From Eledone cirrhosa (lineage: Eukaryota): a stretch of DNA of 64,000 bases. The notes under the pieces are model-generated. The model was not told where the DNA came from. It saw only the letters and a list, made by a program, of their open reading frames with translations, and ran no database searches. A program made the translations under genes and the position numbers. The stretch lies in NCBI GenBank assembly GCA_964016885.1, contig OZ024742.1, positions 126,294,001 to 126,358,000 on the forward strand, given 5' to 3'. Position 1 is the stretch's first letter. Each line of letters starts with the position of its first letter. This document shows, piece by piece, positions 1 through 12,776 of this stretch.

Positions 1-427
1 AGATAACAAAAGAACACAATGAGTGGAGAGATGCAGTACAGCAAAGGACCTGTCCAACCCATGCAAACATGGAAAAACAGATGTCAAAACAGCGATGATG
101 TGTGTGTGGGTGTACATACATATGTATACACACACACACATATATATAAATATATATATATATTGTCCCACCCTTGCAAGCAGGGAAAATCAGATGTAAA
201 ATGATGATGATATCATCATCATCATCACTATTTATCATCCATCTTCCATGCTTGCATAGGTTAAACGAGTTGTCCAGTCAGGTGATCATATCCTTCTCAT
301 AAGTTGTCCAGTTTTTGGCATGGTTTCTATGGCTGTATGTCTTCCTAATGCTATTTTATATATATATATATACAGACGCATACATACATATAAATATACA
401 CACACAGACTGGCTGATTAGTCAGCAT

Positions 428-2400
428 CAGGGCTGCCAAAACCTCAATAACTTTGCTTAAAAAGTACCAAAATATACAAAACATACCAAATCCAATTACA
501 TCAATATGAAACCCCATAAATGTTAAAAAAGAAAATGCTTTACATTTTTACTTTATATATTTTAATAAAAAGAAATGTCTTCTTTTCCCACACTTTTCTT
601 GCTGTACCAGTTTCTTTCTTGCAGTTTAAGACAAAGTAGGTGTTGTGGATGCCACTTAGAGCAGTCAATTGTTTGCAGCAGAAACTTTGATCTTAGCAGG
701 GCATTAACTTAACTTTGATAGGTTTCGGCCAGTATTGGCCCAGGCCATGTCTAAACTAATAACACCACCTGGCATTGAATATTAATGTTTTAAAGCATTG
801 CAAGTTTTTGTTTTTATGTTGCTGAGAAGGAAAAAACTTTTTTCTGCAGAATGTGGCAATGAAAGAAGCTGCATTATGAGCTTAGATAGGAAGCGATATA
901 TGTAAACACATTTTTTTTGAGAAACCAGTATTTTTCAGGCTCATTTTGTGCATTAAGAGATGTATCTTGCAGAGTCAATTCCCACCATTCTCTATTTATT
1001 TGTTGATAGTGGTCTTCATGCACAAGGTTGGAAAATTTCATTGCCAATGGTATGATCGATTTTAGTTTACCTTCAATAACATTGGTCAGGTCTAAAGCTT
1101 CAAGTAACTCTAAATTTGTAAACATATCACATAAGAAGTATTGCATCATTTGCTTTGTAAGGCACACATAGAGACACAATATTTTTACTTGATATTCTTG
1201 TAACTCCTTTGGGAAATGGTAGCAGAGTTTTCTATCAAAATACTTCCTGCCGTGGCACCATAATAGATGTCTTTTATTTTAAGGTATGTAGAAGGATCAT
1301 TCACATTTATTTCACTGATATCATTCAGTTTCAATAACTATCTTTTGGTAAAGTTACTGAGAATAGCTTTCATTACGGTGTTAATGGACTTTTGTAACTT
1401 TTCTATATGTTTCAAATTGGAACTTGAAATTGAACTTATCAATGTCTGGTAAAATATAAGCAAGGAAAGCAAAATACATTTTGTAATTCCCTTAATATTT
1501 TGGAACTCATCATGGGGATACCATCTTCCTATGCTGCCATTGTGAAATTAACAAAAGTGCTGGCGACTGCACCAAAGTTCTTTGTAAAACATGTTTCAAA
1601 GAAAACCATCTTATGTGAAAAATTTTGTAAGGACTGATATTTGTAATTTTTTGAAATTCCTTATATTTAGCTAGGTGCTTTGAATTATTGTTCAGGTATG
1701 AAAAAATATTTCTTGCTAATTCTTCTAAATAATATGGTAGTTTATTGCAGGCTTTAGAAATGCACAGATATAGGAATGGCTAAACAAGGCTGTATGGATA
1801 TATCAGGATTTTTCTGCTTCAACATATGTTGAATTCCTCCTTTGCTTCCCATTCCCATCATAATACTAGCATTATCACTGGCAAATCCAATTAAGTTTTC
1901 AAGAGAGATATTATTTTCAATGAGAAATGATTGTAGACAATTATAAGTCCCAAGTGCACTACAGTCTTTAATTTCCATAAGCATCAAAAAAATCATCCAC
2001 AGTCTTTTGAATTTCGGAGTTGTAATATTTCGCTACTAGAATAAGTTGCTTGTTGATAGAAATGTCCATTGTTTCATCTACAATAAGGGGGAACTTTGCT
2101 GAATATAGCTTAGACAATAAATCATTGAAAGAATGGAGACTGATCACATTTGAAAAAAAATGCAAGTTCCTTTAGTTCTTGCACACTTGATGTCTTTGGC
2201 GATTTTTTAATCAGAGCGTATGTTGACAATAAGTCCAAGGAAATGATCCAAAATAACAATGAGTAGGTTGTGATCAGCAATAATTCCAGTTTCAGCTTAG
2301 TTGACGCTACTTTCGTGAAGTGAGCAGAACATTGAGCAGGCTTTATGAAATCTGTCACCTTCACTCTTTGTTTCGCTACTTTTGCATTCTTTTGGAGTTT
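428..2400 (-). mobile_element. Degenerate hAT-superfamily DNA transposon (fragmented transposase)
   Basis: Minus-strand ORF pieces 2122-2364, 1968-2165 (LIVDETMDISINKQL), 1754-1996 (IGFASDNASIMMG) and 874-1179 are collinear hAT transposase motifs. CAGGGCTGCCAA at 428 resembles a hAT TIR. The right boundary is approximate. Confidence 0.8.
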
Positions 2401-3364
2401 TTCTGTCTCTTTAGTACAGTTACAACTGTACTAATCAATCTTTCTCAACCAGGTTATCCTAGTCACCAACATCCTTCCTCATACAATTAAATAAAATAAC
2501 AACCCTCATCATATTCCCATGCAATCCTTCAAGATTTTCGAAGCACTAAATCTATGTTGATGTACTCCCCCAACACTGACCCCCAACCGCCCAAATATTT
2601 TCATTCTTTGTTGTCTTATATACTTTATATCAGTCCTAATCCAGTATCATCATCATCATCATTTTACGTCCGCTTTTCCCTGCTTGCAAGGGTGGGACGG
2701 GAACTGATTCTGGCTTGATTTCTACAGCTGGATGCCCTTCCTAACACCAACCTCATTTACAGTGAGTACTGGGTGCTTTTTTTCTGCGGCGCCTACACGT
2801 CCACTTTACGGTCTGAGAATTGAACTCACAACCTTTCGATTGCAAGGCCAGTGCTCTAACCACTAAGCCATGTATACCTTTCTTACCATGCATACCTTTC
2901 TTAATTCCAGCTATGACCATCCCATATTTTCTGTCAATTCATTCAGGACCACATCATCCAATGTTTCAATCTTTTCCTAGAAAGTCAGTTGGCATTTCAG
3001 GAAGATTTGGCTGCTATTTGTAGCACAACAGACGACCATATAGTGGTTTTATTGCTGCCTTGTAAACAGAGAGCAAATATTTTTAATAAACCTCTATGAT
3101 GCATCACATCACTGCTTTGTATAAACATGAGTCAATTTGGTTATAAAAGTCACAGATCTGTGTCTCCTTGACCCAAAGATCATGTTTTCATCTTCCTTAA
3201 CAATTTCCGTAATATATTTTTAATGAAAGATACTGGCTATGGTTTTCAAATAATTTTGAAAATAATCGAGAATTTGGGATGGGAGGGGAGAAGGGATATC
3301 TTGTGTAGGGCAGTATGTTGGTTGAGTCATTTGAATGTTGGGTAAATGCTTAGTAATATTTGTT

Positions 3365-3722
3365 CCGGTGGTAGTGATAGTGATGTTGATGATGGTGGTG
3401 GTGATGATGATGGTGGTGCTTATGATGGTAGTGGTGGTGGTGGTAGTGGTGATGGTGATGATGGTGATGGTGGTGATAGTAATGGTGGTCGTGATGATAG
3501 TGATGGTGGTCGTGGTTGTGGGGTGGAGGAGGAAGGGTGGGAGTAGAGATAATAGAAGTGGTGATGTTAATGATAGTAGTGGTGGTCATTATGGCAATGG
3601 TGAAAGTGGTGGAGGTGGTAGTGGCAGTGGTGATATGGGTAATGATAGGAGTAGCTGTGGTAGTTTAAATGGTGGAAATGATAGTGATGGTGGATGTGGT
3701 TGTGGTTGTGTTAGTGGTAGTA
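3365..3722. repeat. Degenerate (GGT/GAT/AGT)n trinucleotide microsatellite
   Basis: Directly visible. It produces spurious poly-V/G/H ORFs. Confidence 0.95.
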
Positions 3723-3759
3723 GTTTGGGACATGATGTGTTGCAACTCGTTCTTTGACT

Positions 3760-4030
3760 TTGGCCTTGTCACTACAGCCACAAACCCATGATGGAGAGAA
3801 GAGAAAGATAGTTAAATACTGTAGCCTGATCAACTGCTTCCTCTTTGTACCAGTCTCCGTCGAGACCTCTGGTGTCCTTGGTCCCCGCATTGCTGATTTC
3901 CTCGATAAAATCAGAAAGAAGGCAGCCAACTTGAAGAGGGAGCCTTGTGAGGTGAGGTGGCTGTTGCAGTGAGTATCTCTGGCCATTCTCTACAGTAATG
4001 CCATTGCTATTTTGTCCATGGGGCGTGGCT
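3760..4030 (+). mobile_element. 3' fragment of a CRE-like (restriction-like endonuclease) non-LTR retrotransposon
   Basis: FVPVSVETSGVLGP...FL...EVRWLLQ*VSLAI matches the C-terminus of the larger copy at 41581-42771. Confidence 0.75.
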
Positions 4031-6005
4031 GAGGCACCGCTCTGACTGGAGTGTAGTGTCTGTTCCTCCCCCATCTTGCTTTTGTTCCTTTTAATAATGT
4101 GTTTTGTTTTTGTATAAATAGAAGGCATTTAGTATTATGTAAAAACAAATGATGGGATATGGTGGTAGTAGTGATGATGACAGTGGATGTTGTTATATGT
4201 GATTGTGATGGTTGTGATGATGGTGGTGCTAGGAGTAGTAGTAGCTGTATTGGTGGTGCTGATCATAGGATTGACAACAATAGAAATGATGATATATAAG
4301 CATTTATTATGCACAATTAAGTTATAAGTATGTAACCCATTACATTGCAGATATCAATTATAACTACTCCATTCTCTCTAATTGCATCATTCATTAAAGC
4401 CTTCCTGTTATCATTTTCAACTGAGTGTACTGGAACATCATGAAATTAAGTGTTTTGCTCAAGAACTCACCACACAACTCAGTCCAGGAATTGAACCCAT
4501 GCCATTATGATCATAAGTCCAACACCCTTACCACTAGGCAAATTATTATATTAATGTGTAAGGGGTTAATATTCCAAAGGCAACTTGCAGGGCTTTGTAA
4601 TATTAAGTGACTTGAGAAAATAAACAGAAATACTTTTTATACTAACCCACTTGATACTACAACCTCATGCTCTGGCTCTAGGATACAAAACCTCAGATTT
4701 TTATTTTAAAACTTTTGTCATTATTTTATGTAAGAACAGGGCAATGGAATGACAGAATCCTTAGAACATTGAATAAAATGCCTTGTGGTATTTGTTCCAG
4801 TACTTTATGTTCTGAGTTGAAAGCCAACCAAAGTTAGAAATACTCTTGTCCTTCTATGATCAATAAATTAAAGAACCTGTCAAGTACTCTGGTCAATAAA
4901 GAAGGCATTTCAAAGAAAACATAATCACAGAAAGTTTAACAGTAGTTATTTTGTCTGTAGAAGAATTCTCATGGTTATAGTCACAGAGAGGTCAATGATA
5001 GTTGTTTAATCTGTGGAAGAATTCTTGTGGTTATTAATAAGTGTAGCAGTGTTCATTGCTATTATTCAGGATTCAACATAATGCTTACATACATTCTTAC
5101 ACTCTATAGAATAAACTGGGTGCATTTTATTATGCCGCCAACACTAGGGAGGTTGTCATGTTTTTGACAAAACTGAAGAGTCCTCCTGATCCTTTGTTTA
5201 GTAAGGTTCCTAAGGCTGGATGTCCTTTCAATTACTACTTTACAGAGTGTACCGGATGTGTTTATTGTGTCACCAACACTAGAGAGGTTGTCATGTCTTT
5301 AACACAACTAAAATGTCCTCTCAGTGCTTTGTTTGGGAAGTTTTCTATGGCTGTATGCTCTTCTTATCACCAACCTGTTTACAGAGTGTACTGGGTGTGT
5401 TTATTGTGTCACGAACACTAGTATGTATGTATAATTTAGTTGGTTCTGGTAAATACAAGTTTGTAAACAGACCTAGAAGCACCTAATGGTGACCAGCACG
5501 AAGAGGTCAAACAACAATTATACTACATATCCATGTATCCATAAGTTCAGCAAGAAAGCAAAATCCTTAAGGCCTATAAAATCTCTCCACTAACATTCTG
5601 TTGGTTACAACAGTAAGTGTTCCAGTCAATATGATCAATAGAATAGCTTGCTCATGAAATCACAGCCACTCATACCCTTAACATAGTTCTGAGGGAGATT
5701 CAGCATGATACAAAATGTTACAAGACTTGCCCTTCAAATTACAGGTACAATTCATTTTTGCCAGCTGAGTAGATTGGAGCAACATGAAATAAAGTGTCTT
5801 GCTCAAAGACACATGCCTCCAGGAATCAAAATCATGATCTGATGATTTTGAGCCAAATACCCTAACCTCAAAGCCGTGCACCTTCGTGCAAATCTCTCCA
5901 CTAAGTTTCATTCAGCTGCAGTGTAATTCTGTCAAACAAAAATTTTGACACCTCGTGAAATATATTAAAGTGACTTGTAGCAGTTTTGGGTGAACTTATT
6001 TTTAA

Positions 6006-6238
6006 CCCTTTCATGACCGTATTTCTAATGAAATACACTCTATTTCAATTAATTAATGAGGAATTTGGGGGGGATTTACTAAAATTATTAATTATTTCAT
6101 TATTAAGATAGAAACTTAATGTAAGGTTCTTATATAAAATTATGTCAGAAGATTTTAATTTAAATTGGAAACCTTTAAAATGGGTGCCCTTATTTCATAG
6201 AACCAGAGACGGTTTGGACCAGGCTGGTAACAAAAGAG
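6006..6238. mobile_element. TTAA-flanked MITE (piggyBac-like ends)
   Basis: ttaaCCCTTT...AAAAGAGttaa. Related copies occur near 53404-53657. Confidence 0.5.
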
Positions 6239-7873
6239 TTAAATAGCTAAAATGTTTTTTGTACCATGATGTAATTGCTTCAATTTCAGCATGCAGTCTC
6301 AAATCTAATCACTTGCCAAACTAGTACAACTTTAAAGTGCATGTGTGTATGATTAAACTCTTCACATATTAAGCATCCTTGTTTGTAAATTCAACCAAGC
6401 TTTTAGAATATGTAAACCATATGCCTTTGTGTCGTACGAGGCAATTGAAGAGGATAGCATCTTCTTCTTTGCCCACATATTTTTTTGGAAGGTTTTGGAG
6501 GCAGACTCCTCAAGCACTGTCCAGTGAGTCCTGTCAAAAGCAACTATCTCCAATTGATACAGCTAGATCCCCAAGTGAGACAATTCAAGCTCATGGATGT
6601 TATCCAATCATCTTGCTCAGCGTCTACTCCTGGATCTTCTGCCAGATGGTTTTGTTCACAAAATACAGCTTCAAATATCCAATTCCAACCTATGCCAAGG
6701 ATGATGATGACGATGATGATGATGATGCTGATGTTGATGATGACATCGATAATGGTGATGATGATAATAATGACATTGATGATGATGTATCCATATATAT
6801 ATTGTTTTTGTTTATTTTCTGCTACTTAAATATAAAAGTGTTTATGACACCATTATGTAAAAAATCTGATATAAGTTTGTCATATACAAGTAAACAAGAT
6901 GAGTAAACTACATGACCTAATAATTGTACAAAACCTTATAACATGATAAATATATGCTTGTATATATAATGTATATATGTATAATACATATCTATGTATG
7001 AATATATATATTTGTGAGTGCATGTGTCTATGTGTGTATGCGTGCGTGTAATATGATGGTCATAATTTTTACGTCTCATTTTCCATACTTGTAAGGTTTA
7101 AACAAATCCACTCTAGTGCAACATCCCTCCACTTGTCTCTTTCATTTATCATCTCCTTTTTAAGGTTCAATATTTTGACATCCAGTCTTACCCACTTCTG
7201 CCCAAGTCTTCCTTGGTTCTCCTCTTCCACAGATTCCTTCTACTTGTAAATTCTGGTACTTCTTCACTCTATGATCAACATTTATAAATCTTATATTTCT
7301 CTAGGACACTATATTGAGCAATGAATACTTGCAGTCACAACTAACCAGTTAGGACTCTGTAGTAAAAAACAACAACAAAAACTAACTAAAATACTTCCCC
7401 CACACAGTACAAGGGTGCATATCTCCCCACATCCACACCTCATTTTCTCTTTACTTCAGCACTAAAACAAATATCTCAGCCTCTGTGAAGGAAGAGGAGG
7501 AGGAAATCCCATTTGGTTATGGATAACCAAGGGTTTGAACCTAGAAAGTTCCTCTCCATGCCACTGATGTTGTCCAAGGGAATAGAAAAGGCTTATAGAG
7601 TGTGGCACCAGTGACATCACAACTCATTTTTTCTAGCTGAGTTGACAGGAGTAATGTGAAATAAAGTGTCTTACTCAAGAACACAACATTCCACACAGTC
7701 TGAGAATCAAACTCACAACATCACAATAGTGAGCCCAACACTTTAGCCACTAAATCATGCAGCTTCACTCATAAAGATGTTACACAAAAGGAAAATTTCT
7801 CCATCTAATAATTAAGCAAGTAAGTAGGTAAGAATCAAAGGACATTGTTTGATATAGAAGATAAAAGGAAAAT

Positions 7874-8067
7874 TGTGATGATATGATTTGTTTTATAGCA
7901 TCACTTTCTTCTCTTTGATTTGATTCCTTTTTATTCTTATTCGTTGTATTCGTTCTGTTCTTGTTTGTTGTATTGTTAACCCATGCTAATTTCTTCTCTT
8001 ATTGACTCTTTCTATATTATTCTTAGATTGAATAAAAACCTTTGATTTGGTACAAAATAATACAACA
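7874..8067 (+). repeat. Gypsy 5' LTR
   Basis: TG...CA termini. AATAAA at 8031. Matches 11938-12131. Confidence 0.93.
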
Positions 8068-8080
8068 ATTTTATTCAATC

Positions 8081-8760
8081 ATGGATCCGAAAATATTCAA
8101 GAAAATTCTCCCGGATGATCCTAGTGAATCCAATTATGCCTACTGGAAGAGAATGTTGGCGATCTATTTGGAAAACTTGTCTGTTCCTGACGAAAGTAAG
8201 CTGTCAGTCCTTCTGGTTCTTTGTGGAACCAATGCTTATACTCTCATTGAAGAAGCAACATCATTCGATGAGGCGTTATCCATTCTTGATAATAAATTTC
8301 AAAAGAAAGGCTCAGCAATAATGACCCGACATAAACTACGCAACCATCGTCAACAAGAAGGGCAATCATTGGAGGCCTACATGACTGAATTAAAGCCCTC
8401 GCAAAGAAATGCCCCACTAAACCCCTAACAGGGGAACAACATAGACAATTGTTGATTTGTGATGCGTTCGTGTCGGGTGTTTTATCCGCCACCATAAAAC
8501 AACGACTTCTGGAATCACCTGACGAAAATCTAGATAAAATATTCCAAACCGCTCTCACATTAGAACTGGCAATAGAAGAAACACAAAATCTGTTAACAAC
8601 AACAATACAACCGCCGTCACAACCCGTATTCGCTGCTTCTTCATCAAAATGTTTCTAGTGTGGTGGTTCATATCACCAAAAATCAGAATGCCCTGCAAAA
8701 AATTCAACTTGCAATTTCTGCCACAAGAAAGGCCACTGGGCAACAGTATGTTTTGTTAAA
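8081..8760 (+). pseudogene. Gypsy gag (frameshifted) with two Cys/His knuckles
   Basis: ATG at 8081 (MDPKIF...YWKRML...RQQEGQSLEAYMTELK). After the frameshift and a stop: C..CGGSYH...CPAKNSTCNFCHKKGHWATVC. Confidence 0.85.
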
Positions 8761-8902
8761 AATAAGAAGGTACTAAAGAAGATAAAACACGGAGCAGTCT
8801 TGAATAATAACGAGGGCCCCGATGAAGCCTATGATGGCAGTAATCTTGCTGCCTGTTATAAACTTGCTTCCGGAAATCATAATACAAATCTTTTAACAAT
8901 TT

Positions 8903-11900
8903 ATGTCAAATCACATAAAACTTGACACAGGCTCAGACAAGTCTTTCATTGACATGAACCTCTTGTCAAAATGGCAAAGTAAATTCAAGAAAACTAAGAA
9001 TAAGAGTGTAATTTTAGCCAACAACAGTAAACTCATAATACGAGGTACGTTTGAAACATCATTAGAATGGGAGGGCCGAGCATACCACATCGATCTAATG
9101 GTGGTTGACAAACTCATTGCTCCAGTAGTTATGGGTCTTGATATACTTAAAAGGCATAAGTCTTTAACAATAAAATATGCGGGGGACATGAGACCAGTCA
9201 CGATATGTATGTCAATGCAAACTCTGAAGTGTGAAGAATATGATTTAATGCCTGGTATTGATACTACAAAATTAAAACCATTATCTATACCTCCTCGAAA
9301 ATACAATAAAGATCAGCAATTCATTAAAACGGAAATCAACAGAATGCTTAAAGCTGGAATAATTCAACAGAGCAGAAGCCTATGGAGAGCGCAGTGCTTC
9401 GTAATAGATCAAGAAAACAAAAAACGTCTTGTCATAGACTACTCAGGCACTATAAATCGTTACACACCATTAGATTCATACCCTAATGCCATAATCGAAG
9501 ACCTACTCAACAAAATTTCAAAACACACGTATTTCTCGAAAATAGATCTAAAAGCAGCTTATCACCAAATACCCATCAAATCTTCTGACTTTAAGTTGAC
9601 TGCATTCGAGGCCTGTGGCCGACTATACAAATTTACCCGTCTTCCGTTTGGATGCACAAATGCCGTTCCAATTTTCCAACGAATAATGGACACTTTCATA
9701 GACAATTACAACTTACAAAATACCTACTCATACCTTGATGACATTATTATAGGACGGGATTGGCAGTATCGGTAGAGGGTCGGACGCCATGCTTTCCAGC
9801 ATAGTTACGTCCCTTTACGATCTGAGTTCAAATCCCGCCGAGGTTGACTTTGCCTTTCATCCTTACGGGGTCGATAAAATAAAGTACCAGCAATGCACTG
9901 GGTAATTGCTGGCCTTGTGCCTAAAGTAGAAACAATTATTATAGGACGAGGTTAACTTTGCCTTTCATCCTTACGGGGTCGATAAAGTAAAGTACCAGTA
10001 ATGCACTGGATAATTGCTGGCTTTGTGCCAAAAAAAGTAGAAACAATTATTATAGGAGGAGACAGTCGAAGAACATAACCATAACCTAAAGCAATTCATG
10101 AATGCAGCTAACAATGCAGGTATGCAATTGAATCAAGACAAATGCAGCTTTAATCAAAATAGAATACATTTCCTTGGACATGTCATAGAAAAAAGTGAAT
10201 TAAGACCGGACCCTGAAAGGTATAAAGCCCTTACTGACATGCCGTTCCCAAAGACATTAAAAGAGTTGAACCAGGTAATCGGTCTTTTTGCATACTATGC
10301 TAAATGGATTAAGAGCTCTTCTAACCTCTCAGTCGTTCTTACAAAGGCAAGAAACACCATTGATAAACAAGGTCTATCAAACGAAGAAAAATCTACTATT
10401 AATAAGATGAAGGAAGAACTCATAAAGGCATCACTGTGTTCACCCGATTTCACTGCACCATTTATAATCAAAACCGACGCATCACATATTGCCATTGGCG
10501 GAACTCTATCACAAAATGGTCGTCCAATTGCATTTCTTAGTAGAACCCTAAATAAGTCAGAAAAAGGACATTCCATCATCGAAAAGGAAGCTTGCGCAAT
10601 TATAGAAAAGTTGTAGAAAATGGAGGCATATGATCAGCGCTGTTCCACATTGTAATATCACAACAGACCAACGATCGGTTGCATTTGCGTTCAACAAAAA
10701 ACACACTTCCAAGATTAAAAACGAGAAGGTAGCCCGCTGGCGACTGGAGCTAAGCGATCTTAACCTTACCTTCTCATATAGACCTGGTTCATTAAACCAA
10801 GCCGCAGATGCACTATCGCGCTTCTGCTCTACTAAGATGGAATACGAATTATACAATATTCACTCACATCTATGTCATCCGGGGGTCACCAGCTTCTACA
10901 TTATTGTAAATCAATGAACTTGGCATATCCTATTAATGAAAGAAGAGAAGTCATCGCCAATTGTAAAATATGCCGTGAATGTAAACCACAATTCTATAAA
11001 CCACTCAAAGGAAGATTAATACATGCCACAAGAACCTGGGAAAGACTATCAATGGACTTTGTGGGTCCCATGGCTATCTCAAACGGTTTTCGATTTATGT
11101 TAACTATAGTTGACGGGTACTCACGTTTTCCATTCGCCATTCCCGGACATAGTAATTAAACATCTATTGGAGATATTCTCCATATTTGGAAAACCCAGTT
11201 CGATTCATACAGATATGGAGTAATAACATGTAAAAAGCCACACCACGCCATATCGACCCCAAGCCAACGGCCAATGCGAAAGAGTTAACGGCACAATATG
11301 CAAAGCGATAAGTCTGGCATTGAAGACAAATAATCTCAATAAAAATGGAGTAACATGATTCCAATCGCTCTGTCGTCTATCCGAGGATTGCTTTGCGCTG
11401 CTACAAACGCCACACCACATGAAAGAGTATTTTCATTCACCAGATCGACAAACAATGGCACAGAAATACCAGAGTTGCTAAATAAACCGGGCACAACCGT
11501 GCTACATCGACGTCACATAAGGAATAAAGGCGATGATCTCACGGAAAACGTTCAACTCATTGAGACGATCTCATCTCACTTTGCCAAGGTACAATTTAAT
11601 AGTGGAAGAATAGAGACAGTCTCAACCACAAATCTCGCACCAGAAGCATCACCACAAAACAATGGAAATTCAACAACATCGGAGTGTCAGAATAATAACT
11701 CCCCAAAAGGCGCCAATTTAACTCAATCAACAGCAATATCTACACCTGTGGTCATTGGGAACGAAAGTATGACATCTACCGCCGATAACAATCCTACAGA
11801 GAGTGCTGAATTCGACGACGATGAATCTTCTGACACATTCTTAACCTTGAATAACACACCCCAACAACAAAGAACACACCGAGGATGCTTAGTAGTGAGG

Positions 11901-11921
11901 CCAATGCGATACAACAATTAA
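8903..11921 (+). pseudogene. Gypsy pol (protease, RT, RNase H, integrase), disrupted
   Basis: LDTGS, SLWRAQ, RLVIDY, KIDLKAAYHQI, LPFG, YLDD (9731-9742), KTDAS and EKEA, HLCHPG..CKIC, SMDFVG, LLCAATNATPHER. Confidence 0.93.
9755..10045 (+). mobile_element. Two tandem copies (one full, one 5'-truncated) of a tRNA-derived SINE inside the Gypsy RT
   Basis: B-box-like GAGTTCAAATCC, core GCCTTTCATCCTTACGGGGTCGATAAAATAAAGTACCAG (resembles the Meta-SINE domain, from memory) and tail AGAAACAATTATT. Target ATTATTATAGGA appears three times. Confidence 0.88.
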
Positions 11922-11937
11922 CGCTAGAGGGAAAGAA

Positions 11938-12131
11938 TATGATGATATGATTTGTTTTATAGCATCACTTTCCTCTCTTTGATTTGATTCCTTTTTATTA
12001 TTATTCGTTGTATTCGTTCTGTTCTTGTTTGTTGTATTGTTAACCCATGCTAATTTCTTCTCTTATTGACTCTTTCTATATTATTCTTAGATTGAATAAA
12101 AACCTTTGATTTGGTACAAAATAATACAAAA
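11938..12131 (+). repeat. Gypsy 3' LTR
   Basis: Matches the 5' LTR, but the termini read TA...AA instead of TG...CA. Confidence 0.92.
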
Positions 12132-12319
12132 AAAATAATTAGGAGGGAAGAAAGTAAATGCTATGACATGTGATCTTTAGTTGTTTCAGTCAACAATCTC
12201 CATTATTATTAACTCTTAACATTCTGTATCACATGAAAACCACATTATAAGAATATTCTTGAAAAGTACAAAACATCACTATAACTGCATGACATTAAAA
12301 TTTGAAGTCTGAAGTCTGT

Positions 12320-12572
12320 GATGTGCTTCATTAGGCTACTACTTATCCTAGTTTCTGAGGCATGAAATGATTGAAAGTATAAGACTCCCTCTTGGACAGG
12401 ACACCAGTCTATTGCAGAATTAAACCTCCAGCTATAGCTGGTACTCATTCTCAGCTGATTATACTGGAACAACATGAAATGAATTGTTTTGCTCATGAAT
12501 ATAACATAACTCATTTATCAAACCCACAACATTATGATTGTAAGTCCAACACCCTTACCACTAGGCCATGTG
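12320..12572 (-). mobile_element. tRNA-derived SINE with V-domain-like core (degenerate)
   Basis: Reverse-complement similarity to 35448-35712. Confidence 0.7.
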
Positions 12573-12776
12573 CCTACACTTACACTAATATTGCAAATGT
12601 TACAATGATTTCTCAGTGTAAAGATACTGAAAATATTTGAATTACCAAACTCGTTTTTTTATATTATATCTAAATAATTATAGGATGTTAAAACTTAGGA
12701 ACAAGGAAATAGCCTTCGTCACAGTAAAAGATTCAGCCACCAAGAAAGTAGAACATATCCACGAAATGTAAACATC

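Larger units (their letters stand above)
7874..12131 (+). mobile_element. Complete Ty3/Gypsy LTR retrotransposon, inactivated by stops, frameshifts and SINE insertions
   Basis: Near-identical 194-bp LTRs (7874-8067, 11938-12131). 5-bp TSD AAAAT (7869-7873, 12132-12136). PPT AGAGGGAAAGAA before the 3' LTR. Domain order gag, protease, RT, RNase H, integrase. Confidence 0.95.

Noticed and set aside
3335-3757. Poly-V/G/H ORFs
   Set aside because: Translations of a trinucleotide microsatellite.
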